The translations under genes were made by a program, and so were the position numbers. Shown in pieces: positions 17,299 through 24,906 of a DNA stretch of 32,000 nucleotides. Every line of letters begins with the position of its first letter. Within the stretch, counting starts at the first letter, position 1. The notes under the pieces are model-generated. The model had not been told where the DNA came from. It made no database searches and was given only the letters and a program-made list of their open reading frames with translations. Source of the DNA: Nostoc sp. NMS4 (GTDB taxonomy: Bacteria; Cyanobacteriota; Cyanobacteriia; Cyanobacteriales; Nostocaceae); assembly GCF_017115095.1 (NCBI RefSeq), contig NZ_JABXKI010000226.1:7148-39147 (forward strand), given 5' to 3'.

Positions 17299-18207
17299 TT
17301 AACTCCTAACTCCTGACTTTTTAAACTGTTCTCCGACATAGGAGAGTGAATTCTTAAGATGTTTGTGAAAGTAGTTCCAACCTACATCTGCACCAGACAA
17401 ACCATGACCTCCAGGAAATGCATAAAATACGTGAGCAATGCCTAATTTATTTAAGGTTTCGTTGAAGGTTTTGGTAGAAGCTAGCAAATTAATATCATTC
17501 ACACCTGCATCTAGATAAACACGCAATCGCTTCCTATCTTGAACTGGTAGCTGTTGCACAATTTGTTGAGGACTATTTTGTGAACCGCTCTCATCAGTAA
17601 AGTAACCGCTATGGCTAAACAAAATCTGGAAGTTCTTGAAATAGCGTAATCCAATATTAAATGCACCCCATCCCCCAGAAGATAGACCTCCCAGCGCCCA
17701 AAACTGGGGTTCTTCTAAAGTCCGGTAGCGCGACTTGACAACTTGTACTAATTCTGATCCAATCAAAGTTCCCACTTTGCCATTCAGCCCATCAAAATAA
17801 TCAGGATCGTACAAAGGACTAGAACCGCGATTATCATTACCATCAGGTGTAATCACAATCGATGGCGGTAATTTTCGGCTTTGATAAAGTTCATGCAATA
17901 CATCTAAAAGTGCATATTTATCAGCATAAGCCCGAGCATCATCATGACCACCGTGTAGTAAGAATATCACAGGGTAGCGCTTTTGTGGATTTTTGCTATA
18001 ACTAGGGGGCAAAATCACGCCGTAGTTACGGACTGCACCCATTGCTTGGGAGTTGAAGGTTGCTAATTGAAACTTTAGCCCAGTATTTGTCTCTTCTTGG
18101 GGTGGGTCTAGTTGTGGCGCACCTAAGATGAATACATAATAATAACCAGCGCTAGTTAAGAGTGCGATCGCTCCTACCAAGCTAATTAACCATTTATAAA
18201 TCTTCAT
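17299..18207 (-). CDS. exported alpha/beta-hydrolase, putative esterase (PF00756-like), paralog 1
   Basis: N-terminal TM anchor. YPVIFLLHGGHDD. The nucleophile elbow is GGLSSGGWGA. Candidate Asp and His residues lie in YLDAGVNDI and FPGGHG. The C-terminal SGVRS* is encoded by ACTCCTA heptamers. Confidence 0.8.
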   Translation of the reverse strand: MKIYKWLISLVGAIALLTSAGYYYVFILGAPQLDPPQEETNTGLKFQLATFNSQAMGAVRNYGVILPPSYSKNPQKRYPVIFLLHGGHDDARAYADKYALLDVLHELYQSRKLPPSIVITPDGNDNRGSSPLYDPDYFDGLNGKVGTLIGSELVQVVKSRYRTLEEPQFWALGGLSSGGWGAFNIGLRYFKNFQILFSHSGYFTDESGSQNSPQQIVQQLPVQDRKRLRVYLDAGVNDINLLASTKTFNETLNKLGIAHVFYAFPGGHGLSGADVGWNYFHKHLKNSLSYVGEQFKKSGVRS

Positions 18208-18343
18208 ATTCTTTTAGCGATTAAAAAAATCACCTCCATTAGAACTTACTATAATTAATCTGCTGAAAAATTGCACTAGAGTTTTTCACATTGATATGAA
18301 AATATCAACGTTTTGTAGAATTGGATTATTTCTAATAATGGTT

Positions 18344-19321
18344 TTAATTATTTTTAGTCTTTTTCCTTTGATTAATAGTTAAATTATCAGCCATCCTTGC
18401 TGTCTCAGAAGCTCTAAATTGTTCGCCGACAAATACTAATGAATTTGCTAAATGTTCGCGCCAGTATTTCCAAGTGTGACTGCCAGGAAATTGACGAAAC
18501 GAATTATGAATTTTCAGTTTATTTAGGACTTTACTAAATCGATCGGCTTCGGCAATTTCATCAATATCTGATGTACCAGAATCCAGGTAGATTTTTAACC
18601 TTTTTTGAGCTTGTGGAGGAATGGTTTTGATATAAGATATTGGGCTATTTGCTGGACCACTTTTATCATTAAAATAACCACTATGACTAAATAAAATTGA
18701 GAAATGCTCCAGATTGTGTAATCCCACATTGACTGCTCCCCAACCACCAGAAGATAAACCACCTATCGCCCAAAAATTTGGATTATTTATTGTCCGATAA
18801 CGGTTTTGCACAACTTTTACTAACTCATCGCCTATGGCTGTAGAGACTTTACCGTTAGGGCCATCGATATATTCGGGATCTCGATAGGGACTAGAGCCAC
18901 GTTTGTCGTTGCCATCTGGTGTAATGATGATGCTGGGTGGCAACTTACCTGTAGTATAAAGTTGTTCTACTGTCTTGAGAGCTTTTCCCTTACTCTGATT
19001 AAACCAATCAGTGGGGCTTCCGTGTCCACCGTGGAGGAGAAAGATTACAGGATACCTTTGTTTTGGGTTTTGCTCATAGCCAGGAGGTAAAGAAACGCCA
19101 TAAGTGCGACTTGCACCCATTACTTGACTATCGTAGGTTTCAATTTTGTAGGTTAGGAGAGTCGCTGAGTTGCTAGTATTGCGCTGGCTGAGAAGAACGG
19201 AAGGCGTTGTTTGTAAATCTTGTTGTTGCGGTGCTTTTGCGATAACACCTTGGGAGAAATTACAGCCAACTAGGGTTAATACTGAAAATAGCAAGAGAAT
19301 TTTAGATTGTTTGTAGTTCAT
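18344..19321 (-). CDS. exported alpha/beta-hydrolase, putative esterase (PF00756-like), paralog 2, lipoprotein
   Basis: Lipobox LTLVGC. The same YPVIFLLHGGHG / GGLSSGGWGA / YLDSGTSDI / FPGSH pattern. Long blocks are identical to paralog 1 (LPPSI(V/I)ITPDGND.RGSSP, LFSHSGYF). Confidence 0.8.
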   Translation of the reverse strand: MNYKQSKILLLFSVLTLVGCNFSQGVIAKAPQQQDLQTTPSVLLSQRNTSNSATLLTYKIETYDSQVMGASRTYGVSLPPGYEQNPKQRYPVIFLLHGGHGSPTDWFNQSKGKALKTVEQLYTTGKLPPSIIITPDGNDKRGSSPYRDPEYIDGPNGKVSTAIGDELVKVVQNRYRTINNPNFWAIGGLSSGGWGAVNVGLHNLEHFSILFSHSGYFNDKSGPANSPISYIKTIPPQAQKRLKIYLDSGTSDIDEIAEADRFSKVLNKLKIHNSFRQFPGSHTWKYWREHLANSLVFVGEQFRASETARMADNLTINQRKKTKNN

Positions 19322-19475
19322 CTTTGAAAGGCATTGGTTAAACAGGTCATTATTGGGTATTCGGTGCTTGCCTTCAAAAGCTTATGCAAGTGATATGTCA
19401 ATGCTGTGTCAACAGGATGGAAACTTTGCGACTGGTGTAAATTAAAAGTCAAGAGTTAGGATAAGTTTCTTCACG

Positions 19476-20429
19476 ATGCTTAAAAAGCTGCAACTCAATT
19501 TCAGTTCTTTGTTTGGCTTGTTACTGCTAGTGCTTTCCTTGTGGGCGATCGCTAGCGAATTACGTCAGTATAATTATCGTGATATCCTCAACTCTCTAGC
19601 TGCTATTCCCAAAAGCCGTTTAAGTTGGGCAATTTGGCTGACAGCTTTGGGTTATCTAGTGATGATTGGGTACGATATCTTAGGTTTTAACTACATTAAT
19701 CGTTCTTTAAGTTGGAATAAGATCGCTTTCACTAACTTTATTAGCTCTGCATTTAGTAATACTATCGGTTTTGCCTTGCTGACTGGCAGTGCTATCCGTT
19801 ATCGATTTTATGCTAGTTGGGGAGTCTCAGCAGTTGCGATCGCTCAAGTAATTGCTTTCGCCAATTTTACCTTTTGGTTGGGGATGTTTGCCGTTGCTGG
19901 GTTAATATTTGTCATCAACCCTTTGACAATTCCCACACAATTACATTTGCCTTTTGCAACAGTACGTCCCATCGGTGTAATTTTTTTGCTGTTGATTGCT
20001 ATTTACTTATTGGGAAGTATTTTAATTAGACAACCATTAATAATTCGCGGACAAGAATTTCGCTTTCCTTCCTTGCCAATATCTCTAGCTCAAATTGCAA
20101 TTTCTAGCTTTGACTGGATTCTGGCTGCGTTGGTTCTTTACGTAATACTTCCTAGCAATACACCTTTGTCTTATCTAGATTTTTTAGGAATTTATTTACT
20201 AGGAATGTTTGCAGGTGTTGTTAGTAATATTCCTGGCGGTTTGGGTGTTTTTGAAACCGTGATGTTGCTGTTTCTCTCTGATAAAATTTCGGCGGTGGCA
20301 GTTTTGGGGTCATTGTTAGCTTATCGGGGAATATACTACTTTTTACCTTTGCTGCTGGCAGCGTGTTTGCTGGGAATATATGAAATTAGATTTAGAGCCA
20401 ATATTTTAAAAAATATCAATAAATTGTAA
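19476..20429 (+). CDS. LPG_synthase_TM / UPF0104 family membrane protein (flippase-like half of MprF)
   Basis: About 8 TM segments. The conserved C-terminal PGGLGVFE motif is present (SNIPGGLGVFETVML). It is divergent from the esterase-esterase-synthase operon. Confidence 0.75.
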   Translation: MLKKLQLNFSSLFGLLLLVLSLWAIASELRQYNYRDILNSLAAIPKSRLSWAIWLTALGYLVMIGYDILGFNYINRSLSWNKIAFTNFISSAFSNTIGFALLTGSAIRYRFYASWGVSAVAIAQVIAFANFTFWLGMFAVAGLIFVINPLTIPTQLHLPFATVRPIGVIFLLLIAIYLLGSILIRQPLIIRGQEFRFPSLPISLAQIAISSFDWILAALVLYVILPSNTPLSYLDFLGIYLLGMFAGVVSNIPGGLGVFETVMLLFLSDKISAVAVLGSLLAYRGIYYFLPLLLAACLLGIYEIRFRANILKNINKL

Positions 20430-20460
20430 AGTTGAGCTTCAGTATGACTACGAATAACTA

Positions 20461-20491
20461 GATCCCCGACTTCTCGAAGAAGTCGGGGATC
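20461..20491. terminator. perfect 14-bp hairpin (GATCCCCGACTTCT-CGA-AGAAGTCGGGGATC), dispersed-repeat type
   Basis: Read directly, 31 nt after the stop at 20429. There is no U-tract, so terminator function is inferred only from position. Confidence 0.45.
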
Positions 20492-20663
20492 TTAGAATCC
20501 TGGGGTAGTACCTTCACATATCGTGGTGAAAATTCCTAATTTTTGCTGAGGCGATCGCTAAACAAATCCCACAAAAATAGTAACAGTTAGTTGCAAATTT
20601 TGAAGTAGATTTCTATAAATCATCATCAAAATTCCGTTTTACTGTTTGAGGATAGAAATAATC

Positions 20664-21053
20664 ATGAAAAATAAAGTATTGTTTGGTGCCATCTTTATGG
20701 CAACTTGGGTAGGAACATTAATTCCCGGTGCTTTTGCGGCTTCACCCTGTTCTGTGGGACAAAAGGCTGAGGTTCTTTGGAAGCAATCATGGTATCCGGC
20801 AACGGTACTTAAGGTTAATGATGATAAGTGCTATATTACCTACGATGGTTATGATAGTTCTTGGAATGAATGGGTTGGCAGTAGACGCTTTCGGGCATCA
20901 TTTCAAGTTGGAGATGCAGTGAGAATTTTGTGGAAGGGAAAATGGTATGCAGGGCAGGTTTTAGAAGTTAGTAACGATCTTTATAAAATTACTTATGATG
21001 GCTACGATAGCTCTTGGGATGAGTGGGTTGAACCTGCAAGGGTAAGTAGATAG
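20664..21053 (+). CDS. secreted protein with two tandem Tudor/Agenet/SH3-like repeats
   Basis: Signal peptide MKNKVLFGAIFMATWVGTLIPGAFA|AS. There is an internal duplication: AEVLWKQSWYPATVLKVNDDKCYITYDGYDSSWNEWV and VRILWKGKWYAGQVLEVSNDLYKITYDGYDSSWDEWV. The ATG at 20664 is preferred over the TTG at 20646. Confidence 0.7.
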   Translation: MKNKVLFGAIFMATWVGTLIPGAFAASPCSVGQKAEVLWKQSWYPATVLKVNDDKCYITYDGYDSSWNEWVGSRRFRASFQVGDAVRILWKGKWYAGQVLEVSNDLYKITYDGYDSSWDEWVEPARVSR

Positions 21054-21078
21054 GGAATATTTCACTTTTATAAGTTTA

Positions 21079-21125
21079 AAGGGACGATTTCACCTGTTGG
21101 AGTCGTCCCTTAATTTGTTTTATAA
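21079..21125 (+). terminator. intrinsic terminator candidate
   Basis: AAGGGACGA (21079-21087) pairs with TCGTCCCTT (21103-21111). It is followed by AATTTGTTTTATAATTT and lies 25 nt after the stop at 21053. Confidence 0.55.
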
Positions 21126-21213
21126 TTTATTCTATTATTTGCTCTCCATTACGTGTTTAGAGGCTGTTAAACTGAGAGCCATTAAGTAAAATATCGTGTA
21201 ATTTGGCAAACTT

Positions 21214-21588
21214 ATGGAGCCAGTATCACTCACAGCAGGTGCGATCGCAACTTTGGTAATCATCAAAGCCTTTGAAAAAACTGGTGAAATCATCGGCGAA
21301 AAGGCTTGGGATGAAGGTGAAAAGTTGTTAGTTCTGCTGAAACGCAAGGAACCTAGCACGGCGAAGGTTATCGAACAGGCTAAAACACAACCTTTAGATT
21401 ATGGTCAAGCTTATCTCATTGGGCAGCAAGTAGAGGAAGCGGCAAAGAAAGATCCTGAAATTGCTCAAGCTGTTGAAGCATTGGCTAAAGAAGCTCAACC
21501 GCAATTGACTCAAACTATTGAAAACTATAAAGGGATAATCATTAAAGGCGGAAATAATACTGTTTCTGGCAATACTTTTAACTTTTGA
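21214..21588 (+). CDS. helical N-terminal (putative effector) module of an NLR-like protein, ended by an in-frame TGA
   Basis: ATG start. The N-terminal helix is hydrophobic (VSLTAGAIATLVIIKAF), the middle is charged and helical, and the tail is G/N-rich (YKGIIIKGGNNTVSGNTFNF*). It is in the same frame as the NB-ARC ORF, and codons 21589-21648 are open. Confidence 0.6.
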   Translation: MEPVSLTAGAIATLVIIKAFEKTGEIIGEKAWDEGEKLLVLLKRKEPSTAKVIEQAKTQPLDYGQAYLIGQQVEEAAKKDPEIAQAVEALAKEAQPQLTQTIENYKGIIIKGGNNTVSGNTFNF

Positions 21589-21648
21589 CTACAGTCGCCC
21601 GAACGGGAACGGGTAAAGTCAAATCCCTCTACTGAAATACCGCAAAAT

Positions 21649-23733
21649 TTGCCCCTGAGTGGGGTGGTGGAGTTTGTCGGACGTAAGGAAGAACTTCAAA
21701 AACTCCACCAACTTTTGCAGGATAATAAACAAGTAGCTATTGCAGCGATCGCCGGGATGGGTGGAGTTGGTAAAACAGAACTCGCCTTACAATATGCAAT
21801 CAAACGGCGCGAAATATATAACGGTGGGCTTTGCTGGTTGCTAACAAAGACTGGAGATGTGGGCATTCAAGTTGTGCAGTTTGCCAGAACGCAGCTTGAT
21901 TTAAAGCCGCCAGAAGATGTTGATTTACTCGCCCAAGTGCAATATTGTTGGCGGCGTTGGCGTGAAGGTGATGTGCTGCTAGTGCTGGATGATGTCAGCG
22001 ACTACGAGGAAGTCAAACCTTACTTACAGTCGCTACCTTCTCGGTTTAAAGTGCTGATGACTACCCGCCAGAAGTTGGGACGCATCGCACAGTTATCTTT
22101 GGATGTGCTGCAACCAGAGGCGGCGCTGGAATTATTAAATTCTTTACTCAAAGAAACACCGGGGCGAATTGAAAAAGAATTAGCTTTAGCAAATCAGTTG
22201 TGTGAGTGGCTGGGATATTTACCTTTAGGTGTGGAATTAGTCGGGCGCTATCTGGCGCGGAAACAGGATTTATCTTTAGCAGAAATGTTCCGGCGGTTGG
22301 AGAACAAGCGATTAGATGAGCGTTCTCTTTCTAAATCTAAGTCGGAAGCTGACATGACAGCACAACGAGGTGTGTTAGCAGCCTTTGAGTTGAGTTGGCA
22401 GGAATTAGAAGACGACGATAAACAATTGGGTTGTTTATTGAGTTTATTTGCCGCCGCACCTATACCTTGGAAGTTGGTGGAACAGTGTTTACCAGAAGAA
22501 GATGCCGAAGATTTAGAAGAAATTAGAGATGATACCTTGTTGAATCTGCATTTAGTTCAGCGCAAAGGTGAGGGAATTTATCAACTGCATCCACTGCTAC
22601 GGGAGTTTTTTCAATATAAGCTTACAGGTTTAGATAAGGGGGAGGAATTAAAGCGATCGCTTTGTCAGATAATGGTAGCAGTTGCCAAGAATATTCCTGA
22701 AACACCCACCCTTCAGCAAATCACCGCCGTTTCTCCCGACATACCTCATGTAGCTGAAGTAGCGAATAATCTGATTCCATACATCAGCGATGAAGATATA
22801 GCAAGCCTTTTCACCAGCTTGGGTGAATTCTATGAATGTCAGGGGTTGTATGCACAGGCAGCACCTTGGTATGAGAAGTGCTTAGTCGTTACTCAAAAGC
22901 GCTTTGGCTCAGAGCATTTGTCTGTTGCTCAAAGTTTAAATAATCTGGCGTTAATATATCAATTACAAGGATATTACAAAAAGGCTGAGCCTCTTTGTCT
23001 GCAAGCCTTAGAACTTACACAACGCCTATTAGGACAGGAGGATTTATTAGTTGCCACTAGTCTCAATAATCTGGCAGAACTCTACAAATTACAAGGGCGT
23101 TATCAAGAAGCCGAACCCCCATTTTTGCAAGCTTTAGAACTTAGGCAACACCTGCTAGGACAGAAGCATTCATTAGTTGCCACTAGTTTTAACAATCTGG
23201 CAGAACTTTACAAATTACAAGAGCGTTATAGAGAAGCCGAACCTTTTTGCAACAAAGCTTTAGAAATGTACGAAAGCTTGCTAGGACAGGAAAATCTGTT
23301 GTTTGCGACTAGTCTGAACAATCTGGCAACACTCTACTTTTACCAAAAATTTTACATGGAAGCCGAACCCATGTTTTTGCAAGTTTTGGAATTGAGGCAA
23401 CGTCTGCTAGGAAAGGATCATCCTGACGTTGTTCAAAGTCTCAATAATCTGGCAGAACTCTACAAATTACAAGGGCGTTATACAGAAGCAGAAACTCTAT
23501 TACAGCAAGCCTTAGAAATGGGAAAACGCCTTTTGGGACAAGAGCATCCTAACTTTGCCATTAGCCTCAGCAATTTGGCAGGTATCTATATGTTACAAAA
23601 ACGTTATAAAGAAACTGAACCTATATTAAAGCAAGCCTTAGAGATTTGTGAGCATAGCTTAGGAGTAGGTCATCGCTCAACAATAATGGTTCGTAGAAAT
23701 TATGCAATTTTCTTGAGGCAGGCATATCGTTAA
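21649..23733 (+). CDS. NB-ARC (STAND) ATPase with 7 x 42-aa TPR (KLC-like) repeats
   Basis: FVGRKEEL, Walker A GMGGVGKTELA, Walker B VLLVLDDV and the GLPL-like LPLGVELVG are all present. Seven repeats follow of SLNNLAELYKLQGRY.EAEP...QALEL.QRLLGQEH..VA. The only start called is the TTG at 21649. The reading frame stays open upstream to the TGA at 21586-21588. Confidence 0.85.
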   Translation: MPLSGVVEFVGRKEELQKLHQLLQDNKQVAIAAIAGMGGVGKTELALQYAIKRREIYNGGLCWLLTKTGDVGIQVVQFARTQLDLKPPEDVDLLAQVQYCWRRWREGDVLLVLDDVSDYEEVKPYLQSLPSRFKVLMTTRQKLGRIAQLSLDVLQPEAALELLNSLLKETPGRIEKELALANQLCEWLGYLPLGVELVGRYLARKQDLSLAEMFRRLENKRLDERSLSKSKSEADMTAQRGVLAAFELSWQELEDDDKQLGCLLSLFAAAPIPWKLVEQCLPEEDAEDLEEIRDDTLLNLHLVQRKGEGIYQLHPLLREFFQYKLTGLDKGEELKRSLCQIMVAVAKNIPETPTLQQITAVSPDIPHVAEVANNLIPYISDEDIASLFTSLGEFYECQGLYAQAAPWYEKCLVVTQKRFGSEHLSVAQSLNNLALIYQLQGYYKKAEPLCLQALELTQRLLGQEDLLVATSLNNLAELYKLQGRYQEAEPPFLQALELRQHLLGQKHSLVATSFNNLAELYKLQERYREAEPFCNKALEMYESLLGQENLLFATSLNNLATLYFYQKFYMEAEPMFLQVLELRQRLLGKDHPDVVQSLNNLAELYKLQGRYTEAETLLQQALEMGKRLLGQEHPNFAISLSNLAGIYMLQKRYKETEPILKQALEICEHSLGVGHRSTIMVRRNYAIFLRQAYR

Positions 23734-23890
23734 CTCTACGCTCACCTCAGATGCAGTAAAGTTTTAGCTATCAGCTACAAGGTGCTTGGGAGGTGAAAAA
23801 TTAGGGATGATGCGAAAAATAATTTACAAGTTTTGTGCAAAGCGTACTGTAATAAAACTGAAAAGTGCGATGCCTAGACTAAAATTCATA

Positions 23891-24121
23891 TTGAACTAAG
23901 TAAAAATGCCATTCAACTTACTAAAAATGAGCTTTGACTTTCTCAAAAGCAGCTAGGACTTTCTCAAAATAAGCTTTTACTTTCTCATTTTGGTGTTTTC
24001 CGCAAGCAAAAGCAGCTTTTACTTTCTCAAAAGGAGCTTTTGCTTTCTCATTTTAGTGTTTTCCGCAAGCAAAAGCAGCTTTTACTTTCTCAAACCCCAG
24101 TTTGCTTTTTCATTTGAGTAA
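23891..24121. repeat. eleven perfectly phased 21-nt units (consensus TTTTACTTTCTCAAAAGCAGC), including a 63-nt higher-order duplication
   Basis: Unit boundaries were counted at 23891, 23912, 23933, 23954, 23975, 23996, 24017, 24038, 24059, 24080 and 24101. Segment 23975-24037 is nearly identical to 24038-24100. Confidence 0.85.
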
Positions 24122-24176
24122 TTCACGCATTCATTTTGATATACAGCAGATTGCGAGTTGGTGAGGTACAAAAACA

Positions 24177-24350
24177 CCCCACCCTAACCCTCCCCTTGCA
24201 AAGGGGAGGGAACTAGAGTTTCTTGTTTCCCCCCTTGGCAAGGGGGGATTAAGGGGGGTAAAACCCGGATATCAAAGTAACTCCGATTTGTGTGTACACC
24301 GTAGCAATATATCGGGGGGATTAAGGGGGGTAATTCACCGTAGCCCCAAG
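24177..24350. repeat. mosaic G/C-tract hairpin repeat cluster (MITE-like dispersed repeat)
   Basis: CCCCACCCTAACCCTCCCCTT-GCAA-AGGGGAGGGAAC, TTTCCCCCCTTGGCAAGGGGGGATTAAGGGGGGTA, and two CACCGTAGC motifs. Related modules lie at 29250-29460. Confidence 0.75.
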
Positions 24351-24496
24351 CAAGAGAAGGGTATACTTCATTTACTTGCAAAGTGCTGTATATTGAGCCA
24401 AAAGCTATTATGTAGTTGTGAATGATGGAGAGCAATGTTTCCCGCAAGAAAAAATCAGCTACGATAAATCATATAATTCTCTTCACAAACATAGCA

Positions 24497-24715
24497 ATGT
24501 TAATTACATACACTGCAAAATATACAAAAACTAATAGCGGATATATGGGACAACTTATTGAATGGCAAGAAGTCATCACAGAAGGAGAAACCATAGAAGA
24601 ATGTAGAGCTATGTTACAAGATGCAACCAAAGAAATGGTTCTTGCCTATCGTCAACAAAATAAAGAAATTCCCACAGGTGGCTCTTTGCTGGAACAAATT
24701 CCTATAGAGGTTTGA
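24497..24715 (+). CDS. hicB: HicB-like antitoxin (N-terminal HicB fold only)
   Basis: MLITYTAKYTKTNSGYMGQLIEWQEVITEGETIEECRAMLQDATKEMVLAY fits the HicB/UPF0150 pattern. The ATG at 24497 is preferred. It overlaps hicA by 4 nt (TTGA). Confidence 0.7.
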   Translation: MLITYTAKYTKTNSGYMGQLIEWQEVITEGETIEECRAMLQDATKEMVLAYRQQNKEIPTGGSLLEQIPIEV

Positions 24716-24906
24716 GTGTGTCAGTCAAACGAAAAGAGCTAATTAAATACTTAGAGCAAAATGGCTTTTATTTATTAAGGGAAGGAGGAAATCATTCTAT
24801 ATATACTAATGATATCAAAACTCTTCCGGTAAAACGGCATCGTACCATTGATCGGATTACTGCTAATGAAATTTGTAAACAAGCGGGTTTATCACCTAAT
24901 TTTTAA
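24712..24906 (+). CDS. hicA: HicA-like mRNA interferase toxin
   Basis: KRKELIKYLEQNGFYLLREGGNHSIY...LPVKRH..IDRITANEICKQAGL matches the HicA/YcfA pattern. The start is TTG at 24712 or GTG at 24718. Confidence 0.75.
   Translation: MSVSVKRKELIKYLEQNGFYLLREGGNHSIYTNDIKTLPVKRHRTIDRITANEICKQAGLSPNF

Noticed and set aside
21135-21359. 74-aa minus-strand ORF overlapping the start of the NLR N-module
   Set aside because: It overlaps the better-supported + strand ORF, gives a low-complexity S/P-rich translation, and has no family resemblance.
23891-24121. Possible CRISPR array
   Set aside because: The 21-nt units are directly adjacent with no unique spacers. The units are shorter than CRISPR repeats, and there are no cas genes in the window.
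24184-24447. 87-aa minus-strand ORF (…PPLIPPCQGGKQETLVPSPLQGEG)
   Set aside because: It is a translation of the G/C-tract hairpin repeat cluster. The same DNA modules recur at 29250-29460 in a non-coding context.
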